From sequence record NC_041994.1: a DNA stretch of 64,000 nucleotides; one strand, 5' to 3'. Positions 9,169 through 16,294 of this stretch are shown in pieces. The stretch's first letter is position 1. Every line of letters begins with the position of its first letter. The position numbers and the translations under genes are program-made. Under the pieces are notes generated by a model. The model was not told where the DNA came from, searched no databases, and worked only from the letters and a program-made list of their open reading frames with translations.

Positions 9169-10014
9169 TTAGATGTAGGACGAGTACTGCTTATACGCCG
9201 CTGCCAACTTGGTGTCGTACTGGTTTTCTTTGTACGCCGACCCGTTGTACAGACGTGCGAACTCAGCCCAGTTCAGGGCCTTGAGTGCTTTCCACATGCC
9301 TGTTTGGCTTTTCACGAAACGCACGAAGCATTCGAGTTGATTCGCCTCAGAGACCGAGGTGAACTGTACGTATTCCTGCACGGACTTAAAGCCCAGAAGC
9401 AGCCAGTGGAAGCCCATGATCTGGTAAGCACCCCAAGAGGCAGATTCCAGAGCGGCGTCCTTGTTGATGGTCATGGCGTTTTCCAGTCGCACCCATTCTT
9501 TCTCCCCTCCCAGGTAACCACCACGGACTTTGTTCACCAGTCCTGGATTCTCACGCATCGCTTTGTCAGGGTCTACGCCGTAGTCCTTGAGCTCACGGTA
9601 CATGATGTGGCGTTCGTAAAGAATGGCGATCCGACCGTTAGCTAAGAAGCCAGTACCTTTGGATTCAACATCGTTGACAGCCATGAGCGCTGCTGTCGGA
9701 ACCCCAAGGGATTTGGCCGCTGCCACGATATCGGCTTGGCACAAGTACTTGTGGGACTTCTCTGCATCACACAGGAGTCCCATCGTTTTAGGACCGACTT
9801 TGCCATCGACGACCAGACCACTGGCCTTCTGAAAAGCAATGACGGCGTCGTACGTCTTACCACCAAAATCACCGTCAGGGATGCCGAGTGTATACCCGGC
9901 ATTCATCAGGTGTTTCTGGAGGTCGATGACGGCTGGTCCAGAATCCCCACGTTTCAGAATCTGATCTTTGAGGAATGTTGCACGGTGTTCAACGCCCAGC
10001 GCTTCGTTAGTCAT
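9169..10014 (-). CDS. Modular endolysin: peptidoglycan-binding domain + DUF3380-type N-acetylmuramidase
   Basis: LKRGDSGPAVIDLQKHL..DGDFGGKT..AVIAFQKASGLVVDGKVGPKT (PG_binding_1); VESKG.GF, ILYERH, ESASWGAYQIMGFHW, WAEFARLYNG (DUF3380). Confidence 0.92.
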   Translation of the reverse strand: MTNEALGVEHRATFLKDQILKRGDSGPAVIDLQKHLMNAGYTLGIPDGDFGGKTYDAVIAFQKASGLVVDGKVGPKTMGLLCDAEKSHKYLCQADIVAAAKSLGVPTAALMAVNDVESKGTGFLANGRIAILYERHIMYRELKDYGVDPDKAMRENPGLVNKVRGGYLGGEKEWVRLENAMTINKDAALESASWGAYQIMGFHWLLLGFKSVQEYVQFTSVSEANQLECFVRFVKSQTGMWKALKALNWAEFARLYNGSAYKENQYDTKLAAAYKQYSSYI

Positions 10015-10032
10015 CTCTTCTAGCTTCCTATG

Positions 10033-10584
10033 TTATTCGTCCTCCAGTCGCCGCTTTGTCCCATCTTCCAGCAGGCGCACAGTGCCGTCTTCCAGAAGTC
10101 GATACGCGAACTCATCAGGAGTGGTGTTGACGTAGATTGGTACGTAGCCGTAATACGCGTAACTGCCAGGCAGCATGTACAGCGTGTAGACGGTATTCGT
10201 GTTGGTGGTTAGGGGTTTATCGGACATCTCCACATCGTTGTGGTCGAGATGCATTTTGAACTTACGGTTGATCTCAGCAACGATCTTGGCCGTAGTGATT
10301 TCGCCATCCAGAACAATCTGGATGTACGGTTCGCTGTCCAGCGTGTATTCACGCAACACCGGTTGGATGTCGAGACGGCGATAAACAAACCAACGCTTCT
10401 TGCCAGTGCGCAGGTTGGTCATTTCGATGTAAGTACGTCCGGGTTCTTCATCCGTAGGGGAGAAGAAGAAATCGCCGAACAACAGGAATTCTTTTTGGAT
10501 GTCTTCAGCAGGACGATCGCGGCGGATAAGTTCCACCAGAGCGTCATACGAAGGTAAGTCGTATGGAAAACGGAAATCAGCCAC
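10033..10584 (-). CDS. Putative virion structural protein with C-terminal RLLEDG repeats
   Basis: 183 aa, ends YRLLEDGTVRLLEDGTKRRLEDE; position matches phiKZ gp143 by recalled synteny. Confidence 0.6.
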   Translation of the reverse strand: MADFRFPYDLPSYDALVELIRRDRPAEDIQKEFLLFGDFFFSPTDEEPGRTYIEMTNLRTGKKRWFVYRRLDIQPVLREYTLDSEPYIQIVLDGEITTAKIVAEINRKFKMHLDHNDVEMSDKPLTTNTNTVYTLYMLPGSYAYYGYVPIYVNTTPDEFAYRLLEDGTVRLLEDGTKRRLEDE

Positions 10585-10642
10585 TGGAAGGTTCCTCGCC
10601 TAAAGATATTGGCACATAGCATGAGACGGCAAAAACCCCCGC

Positions 10643-11074
10643 CTAAGCGGCAGGGGTTGTGTTTGTCGATTCGAACCACTTCTCGAAGATAAACTTCAGG
10701 AAAGAGAAGAACTCCTGAATGGTCATCTTGAGTACGTCAATGAGTTCTACCTTAACAGTTGCGTCACTGAAAACCACCGCCATGGCCACAATGATTGCTA
10801 CGGCTGCCAAAGCACCCGCACTGTACAACACAAACTGCTTGTACATATCGGTACCACGCACGACACCCAGTTGATGCTCCAACACCGTGTTACGTTTTGC
10901 TTCGTTGGCAATTTTGTAAACTTGGCTCAACACAATGTAGCCGGGTGTGTCTTTCGTGATGGTGCTCCCCTTTTTGCCCAATTGGGCCAATACCAGTGCT
11001 CGTATGGCGGACGAGTATGGGCTGGCACTCAGTGGCTTATCGCCGAGGGAGATCAGCGCCTCCTGTAGCGTCAT
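10643..11074 (-). CDS. Membrane protein, holin candidate
   Basis: 143 aa; hydrophobic FVLYSAGALAAVAIIVAMAVVF plus amphipathic QEFFSFLKFIFEKWF; start overlaps the o-spanin end. Confidence 0.5.
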   Translation of the reverse strand: MTLQEALISLGDKPLSASPYSSAIRALVLAQLGKKGSTITKDTPGYIVLSQVYKIANEAKRNTVLEHQLGVVRGTDMYKQFVLYSAGALAAVAIIVAMAVVFSDATVKVELIDVLKMTIQEFFSFLKFIFEKWFESTNTTPAA

Positions 11075-11390
11075 GATTGTTCTCCAGCGTGGTCTTCTGT
11101 TTGTCGTACCAGCCGTTCAGTGCTTTGATTTTGTCATTGCACAGACCTACCTGAAGAGTTTGCTTGGCCCACTCATCCTCCATCAGCAGGGCTACAGCTT
11201 CCCATTGTGATTTTGCTTTAGGAAAGCGAATGTACGCAGTCAGTACGTCATTAACGTCCGGCTGCGGATTCGGCTTGCACTCCGTCAGCATCACTTTTGG
11301 AGGGACACGTAGCTCGGTCGTAGTATGCTCGACAGTACGTACGCCGCATCCCGTTAACGAGAGCAGCAATAGCGACGGGATCAGGATCAT
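11037..11390 (-). CDS. Outer-membrane lipoprotein spanin (Rz1-like o-spanin)
   Basis: True start at 11390 inside the 241-aa ORF: MILIPSLLLLSLTGC (lipobox LTG-C), Pro-rich PPKVMLTECKPNPQP, helical C-terminus with Cys; overlaps the i-spanin by 140 nt. Confidence 0.8.
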   Translation of the reverse strand: MILIPSLLLLSLTGCGVRTVEHTTTELRVPPKVMLTECKPNPQPDVNDVLTAYIRFPKAKSQWEAVALLMEDEWAKQTLQVGLCNDKIKALNGWYDKQKTTLENNHDATGGADLPRR

Positions 11391-11802
11391 TGGCCACAGC
11401 CTGGACCTTGGGCTTCGCCGGCACGGGTGGCTTAGGTTTGGCTGGAGCACTGACATGTTCCTTCTCCTTCGGTGTGACTTCGGTGGTTGGGGTGTAGCTA
11501 TCGCGTGCGGCAAAATACTCTTCGGCCGTCTGAGCACGATAACCTTGGGCCTCTTGTAGTTTGAGGTCTCGTTCGTAGGTGTATTCGAACACCGCTTGAT
11601 CTGTGATCGCTGCGGCTTTCTTTTCCACCAGTAGTAGATGCGAGAGGTCTTGAGTTTGTTTGGTAAGCTGTTTGTTGTCTTCTTCCATGCGGCCATGTGC
11701 TGTGAAGAACATGGCGCCTGCCACCAGCGCTCCGAGGAGGCTGATAATCCCCACCCATTCAAACCAAGGCAGTTTTCCTAAAACTTTAAACATACTATTC
11801 AT
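11251..11802 (-). CDS. Inner-membrane spanin (Rz-like i-spanin)
   Basis: N-terminal TM (WVGIISLLGALVAGAMFF), coiled coil, Pro-rich linker, two C-terminal Cys; overlaps a lipoprotein gene. Confidence 0.78.
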   Translation of the reverse strand: MNSMFKVLGKLPWFEWVGIISLLGALVAGAMFFTAHGRMEEDNKQLTKQTQDLSHLLLVEKKAAAITDQAVFEYTYERDLKLQEAQGYRAQTAEEYFAARDSYTPTTEVTPKEKEHVSAPAKPKPPVPAKPKVQAVANDPDPVAIAALVNGMRRTYCRAYYDRATCPSKSDADGVQAESAAGR

Positions 11803-11828
11803 GCCTCGGGTATCAAAGTGCCACCCTA

Positions 11829-12401
11829 CTAGGATGGCTGCATTTTGAGGTTATGCATCAGATGCAAACCAATCGCCACTGAGTCGGAGCTGTGCTCGTC
11901 CAGAGTGTCGAGTTCAACTCCCCAGTTGATGTCTGTACGTTTCTTCAGTGCGCGAACCACGTCCATTTTGTCTTTGGACTTGCCCACCACACCCGCTGCT
12001 TTCTTGGCGGTCATTGGATCGACTTGCAGCAACGGCATAGTTGGATCGTAGCGGTACAACACGTTACGAATAACAGCCACGCATTCCACCAGGGTCGCAT
12101 ACGCATCGGCGAAGCGGCCTTTATAGTTGGATTCACAAATCACCATGTGTGGACGGAACTCTTCCAGAATGTCTGTCAGGGTATCGTCAAGGTGAAAGAG
12201 ACGGGCGACCCGATCGGTGCCCATCTCCCGTGTGATTGCGTAGCGTTTATCGCTATCGGGAATCTTCAGTGTGTAGGCCGTAACCAGATCAAACTTCGGA
12301 GACTCGAAATCCCAGTGCCAATGGGAAACTCCCGTGTTGTAACTGCCGGGGTCTATGGATAAGACCCGCAACGGCTCCTTACTAACGGGTAAGGTGAACA
12401 T
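11829..12401 (-). CDS. ruvC: RuvC-like Holliday junction resolvase
   Basis: SIDPGSYNTG, VICES, DPMTAKKAAG..KMDV..AL, EHSSDSVAIG: RuvC catalytic motifs. Confidence 0.85.
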   Translation of the reverse strand: MFTLPVSKEPLRVLSIDPGSYNTGVSHWHWDFESPKFDLVTAYTLKIPDSDKRYAITREMGTDRVARLFHLDDTLTDILEEFRPHMVICESNYKGRFADAYATLVECVAVIRNVLYRYDPTMPLLQVDPMTAKKAAGVVGKSKDKMDVVRALKKRTDINWGVELDTLDEHSSDSVAIGLHLMHNLKMQPS

Positions 12402-13291
12402 CAGCTCAACCAGGTGGTCCCGTTGAGGCTGTTAGCGCCCAGCAGTGGTTCGGTGTTACCCACGTCGAAGGCCAGGGTTGCGCCAGTGCTGGAGTAACCG
12501 ATGGCGTGGTGAGTCGAGATGATCACGTTCAGCTGACCGGCGATCACTTCGTTGAACATGAAGTTACCAGCACCGCCGGACGATGCTTGCACCTGACGAT
12601 CCACACCAGACATGAAGCCCAGTTCAGAGATCACTGGCGAACGGGACGAACCGGTACGCACGCGGTGAGCATTGATCATCTCAGCGATCTGGTTCTCAGA
12701 CAGACGTACAGTGATGATGGCCGAAGCCGACACACTGGAGTCACTGCCGAGCACCACACCGGAGTTGGAGATCTGTGGTGGCACAGGGTTCAGGTTTTCA
12801 GCGTTCGGGGTGAATGGTGTTACCACCACTTCGCCTTCCACAACCTGGATGTTCTGAAGCGCTACGGTGACGTTGGTGTAATCCAGACGCAAGCCGTAGT
12901 AGGCGATCTTGTTGATGCCGTTGTGCGGTTCGATACGGCGCAGGCAGTAGTTCTTGCGAATGTCTGCCGGCAGGTCATCGTCGAGGTCACGCAACGCGAT
13001 TGGGATCAGGCCGTAGAGACCGGCGTCTTCTGCATCGTGAGGAACCGGAATGATCTCGTCCGAACCGTCAGCTGCCACAGTAGTAGCATGGCCGCGGTTA
13101 CCGAAGACCAAGTATTTCATCTTCGGCAGTTCACCAACAGCAGGAGCCACCAGCGCCTGAATACTGAGGCGTTCGTTGAGCGTGGTGTTGGGTAGCAGGG
13201 TGAACGGCAGGCCGAGCTTCAAGCACGTCTGCAAGTAAGCACCGTAGACCGTTCGGCATACGTGGATAATCTGATTGTCTACAGCAGACAT
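12401..13291 (-). CDS. Virion structural / baseplate protein (phiKZ gp139-like)
   Basis: Start MSAVDNQ with GAGGAGAGGA RBS; GNRGH, RR.E..NG..KIAYYG.RL, SPVISELG..SGVD motifs recalled from jumbo-phage homologues. Confidence 0.7.
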   Translation of the reverse strand: MSAVDNQIIHVCRTVYGAYLQTCLKLGLPFTLLPNTTLNERLSIQALVAPAVGELPKMKYLVFGNRGHATTVAADGSDEIIPVPHDAEDAGLYGLIPIALRDLDDDLPADIRKNYCLRRIEPHNGINKIAYYGLRLDYTNVTVALQNIQVVEGEVVVTPFTPNAENLNPVPPQISNSGVVLGSDSSVSASAIITVRLSENQIAEMINAHRVRTGSSRSPVISELGFMSGVDRQVQASSGGAGNFMFNEVIAGQLNVIISTHHAIGYSSTGATLAFDVGNTEPLLGANSLNGTTWLS

Positions 13292-13348
13292 GTTTCCTCT
13301 CCTCGGTGGAAATGGACCAATTGGTTCTGTATAATTGTGCATAGAAGT

Positions 13349-13383
13349 CATAAAGCCCTCCCCGTCGGGAGGGCGATATGTCG
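13349..13383 (-). terminator. Hairpin element after the dioxygenase pair
   Basis: CATAAA-GCCCTCCC-CGTC-GGGAGGGC-GATATG. Confidence 0.7.
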
Positions 13384-13884
13384 TTAGGCGTAGTCAGCAG
13401 GGTTGCCCAGCACCATCGTGTTGGCCCATACCGCTTCGTTTCTGGAACGTTTGACTTCGTGCACCACACTGATGCGGAAGGCAATACCTTCACCGGCTTG
13501 CAGAATGACCTGCTTGTCGTTGAGCCAGATAGACTGGCCGTCGAACAGGGCGTATGCAACGATCACCGCTGCTCGCTCGCCTTGATCGGCCCAGGTGTCC
13601 ATGACATCGAGGAAACCGCTGCTGGCAGGGAAACCAATGAAGTACCCCACCAGCCCACGCTTGACGTGGTCACGGTTACCAAACAGGTCTTTGAACAGCT
13701 TGCGTTGCTTGGCCGTCCAGCGGAACCAACGCGTGTCGCAGTAGTGGCTGATCACCTTACCGATGTTCATCCCCATGCGCACCCGATGGGACTTAGCCAC
13801 CGGCGGGTTGATCTCACGGTAGAGGTCAACCAATTTACCCACAGCCTCGGCTTCGAGTTTGGGCATGTTAACGTAGTCGGACAT
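13384..13884 (-). CDS. Degenerate 2OG-Fe(II)/cupin-like (DSBH) protein
   Basis: GYFIGFPASSGFLDVMDTW...AGEGIAFRISVVHEV parallels the adjacent dioxygenase but lacks the HxD His and the 2OG-binding Arg. Confidence 0.55.
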   Translation of the reverse strand: MSDYVNMPKLEAEAVGKLVDLYREINPPVAKSHRVRMGMNIGKVISHYCDTRWFRWTAKQRKLFKDLFGNRDHVKRGLVGYFIGFPASSGFLDVMDTWADQGERAAVIVAYALFDGQSIWLNDKQVILQAGEGIAFRISVVHEVKRSRNEAVWANTMVLGNPADYA

Positions 13885-13894
13885 GCTAGCTCCG

Positions 13895-14377
13895 TTATTC
13901 GTAAAGGAAGATGGCTACGTAACGCAAGGACTTAACCGGCGGTACCGAGTGCGGGACACTGCATTCGCTGAAGCAGATACCGTGACCGAGAATGTCGGGC
14001 ATGAACACCCCTTCAACCTCGATCCCATCACCGTCCTCACACAAAGCCACTACAAGGTTCTTGCGGTAGCTTTGCTGGTCGATGTGTTCAGGCATGAACT
14101 CACCGGGACGGTAACGGTTGATGATTGCTTCACCTAACCAGTGTCGGTCGTACTTGGGGGCCAAGGAGCGCAACAGTTGGTTGAACTCCTTAGGCTGCTG
14201 ACGGTCTCCGAGGAAACCGTAATCAGCAGCTGTGCCTTGCGTGGTGGGCAGACTATTGATTTTGTGGCGCTGTACCCAACGGGCTTCATGCATCTCAGCC
14301 AGTTGGCGTTTCAGTTCGTCACAGACCTCTTTAGAAAACTGTACCACCGGTAATTGATTTAGCCCCGTAGACTTCAT
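13895..14377 (-). CDS. 2OG-Fe(II) dioxygenase
   Basis: INRYRPGEFMPEHID ... PHSVPPVKSLRY: HxD...H triad plus Arg nine residues after the distal His. Start at 14377 is a best guess (GAGG upstream). Confidence 0.8.
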   Translation of the reverse strand: MKSTGLNQLPVVQFSKEVCDELKRQLAEMHEARWVQRHKINSLPTTQGTAADYGFLGDRQQPKEFNQLLRSLAPKYDRHWLGEAIINRYRPGEFMPEHIDQQSYRKNLVVALCEDGDGIEVEGVFMPDILGHGICFSECSVPHSVPPVKSLRYVAIFLYE

Positions 14378-14924
14378 GCAGACCGCCCTCAAGTTGATCG
14401 GCCATCGATTGCTCTTCCTGAGCGATGGTGACGTAGGTGTAACCTTCGGCCGTGGCGTAGTACGCCTTACGTTCGTTGTTAGCATCCTTCACTTCGGTGA
14501 TGTACAGGTTCATCTCTTCGAGCTTTTCCAGTACTGCTTCCAGCGCAGGATCAGGCTTCTTGAGCATGCCGCGCACCACACGACCGAGTTCGGTGATTGC
14601 ATTGCCGACGTTGTTGACTTGGTTGATCACCGGGTACGCTTTAGTGATCTTCTGTTGGGCGGCCAGATCCAACTGACGCTCGTACAACACAGCGCCAGCC
14701 GCCGACTTGTTACGGATCTCGTAGTCAGGGTAATTACCCACGACTTCTTGTTCGTTGTAGTCGAAGCTCTCGACATCCACGTAGACGTAGTAGTCGTTGT
14801 TCAGGGTCTGCGGGTCAACCCAACCCAACACGGCCGTGAGGGCCCCGGAGATCTTGTTGAACTGCAAGAGCACTCGGCTGGCGTTAGGCAGGTTAACCAG
14901 CGCTTCAGAGATGGTAGTGGTCAT
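14331..14924 (-). CDS. Hypothetical protein following the tail fibre genes
   Basis: 197 aa, no recognisable catalytic motif; co-oriented, 15 bp downstream of the last fibre gene. Confidence 0.65.
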   Translation of the reverse strand: MTTTISEALVNLPNASRVLLQFNKISGALTAVLGWVDPQTLNNDYYVYVDVESFDYNEQEVVGNYPDYEIRNKSAAGAVLYERQLDLAAQQKITKAYPVINQVNNVGNAITELGRVVRGMLKKPDPALEAVLEKLEEMNLYITEVKDANNERKAYYATAEGYTYVTIAQEEQSMADQLEGGLHEVYGAKSITGGTVF

Positions 14925-14939
14925 TACGGATTCCTTGGG

Positions 14940-16286
14940 TTAAACGAGCCAGGTGGTCCAGCCACCGGCAACACGGATGAGGAACTTCACTTCAGGCAGG
15001 TTCCATGTGGTGTGAGCCACAGCCGCACGGTAGCCCATGAACACAGCCTTGGTACCCACTGGGTAGCTGGTCAGGTCAGCGAAGTTGGCATTGAGGTAGT
15101 TGATGGCGTTCTGTGCGTTGTAGGCTGCCACGGTCGAACGTACATACAGGACTGCTGTCTTGTTAGTTTGTGCGTTGATCTCTTGGATCATCGACAGCCA
15201 GTTACGCCAAGTGCCGTTACCCATCAGTGCCATAGAAGGACTACCGCCAGCACCACCCAGCAGTTCGTTGGTGAACAACCCAGAGACGACGTAGTCACCA
15301 CTGAGGTTGGCCATCACATACGCTTTCCAGCCGGCCAGGCTATAGCCGTAGAGCAGGTTGGAGTTCGCCGCCGGTGAGTCTTTGTGCAAACGTGCGTTGA
15401 TGCGGGTGGTGATCTCACCGGTCGTGTAGGCCGAAACGTCTTGCGCACGAATGCCGTGTGGGTTATCACGACGGGCCACGTGAGCATTGAGTGGTTCAAC
15501 CAATTGACGGGTGGTCGCCAACTGCCCGGTCTCAGGTGTGGCGTAGTAGACATCCAGCGTGGACTGGTAAGCTTCACTCGCCAGCGTCATCCGCCAGTTG
15601 TTCAGGTTCGACAGACCCACCTTCGTTTTGTTTTCAGCGTGAGGGTTGTTGAAGTCCTCAACGTGAGATTTGAACAACGCCTGTTCCTGCGCCAGCCGTG
15701 CTGCGGCCAATGCATGGTAGTTGTTGGCGTAGTCCTTCAGCTCCTGAACGATCGCCTCGTCATTACGACCCAGCAAGTCACGAACACGGTTGAGCACAGT
15801 CACGGTGGTTTCAGCACCATACAACTGCCAGTACTCGTCCATGTGTGGTGCCGGGTTAAACCCTTTAGGCTTGTTGATGATGTCTTCGTAGTTGACACGG
15901 AAGTTGTCTGGGTTGATCGCATCGAGCAACGCACGCAGCTCTTCAACGTTTACCCCGTAGTTGCCACCCACGGCGTGGTAGTTCAGCACCAGGCTGTTAC
16001 TCACGTCCGTGTTCGTGATCACGATGAAGGCGTACACCGGCTTAGCCGCCAGCATCCCCAGATCACGATACAGATACGTGGTGGTGTAGTCGACACCGTG
16101 CACCAGACGACGACCACCGTCAAAGATGCGCAGGTTCTCGTCGTTATAGAAAGCCCCGTGGCGAGGCAGCAGTACCCGGTGCGGTTGGTTATCCACACGG
16201 ATCAATGTCCGTGCTTCATTCGCGATCCGGTTACTGAGCTTAGTGCCCTTGAGGTCCAAGGGCAGCATGGTAATAGCGGGCATCAT
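14940..16286 (-). CDS. Tail fibre/baseplate protein, phiKZ gp131-135 paralogue family
   Basis: N-terminal LPLDLKG..SNRIANE; HxxxxxNPH..K..VGL repeats; shared C-terminal YPVGT motif. Confidence 0.8.
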   Translation of the reverse strand: MMPAITMLPLDLKGTKLSNRIANEARTLIRVDNQPHRVLLPRHGAFYNDENLRIFDGGRRLVHGVDYTTTYLYRDLGMLAAKPVYAFIVITNTDVSNSLVLNYHAVGGNYGVNVEELRALLDAINPDNFRVNYEDIINKPKGFNPAPHMDEYWQLYGAETTVTVLNRVRDLLGRNDEAIVQELKDYANNYHALAAARLAQEQALFKSHVEDFNNPHAENKTKVGLSNLNNWRMTLASEAYQSTLDVYYATPETGQLATTRQLVEPLNAHVARRDNPHGIRAQDVSAYTTGEITTRINARLHKDSPAANSNLLYGYSLAGWKAYVMANLSGDYVVSGLFTNELLGGAGGSPSMALMGNGTWRNWLSMIQEINAQTNKTAVLYVRSTVAAYNAQNAINYLNANFADLTSYPVGTKAVFMGYRAAVAHTTWNLPEVKFLIRVAGGWTTWLV

Positions 16287-16294
16287 CCTGCTCC

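Noticed and set aside
11037-11762. 241-aa ORF as listed in the track
   Set aside because: Only the part from ATG 11390 (lipobox) is credible; the upstream portion is the alternate frame of the i-spanin gene.
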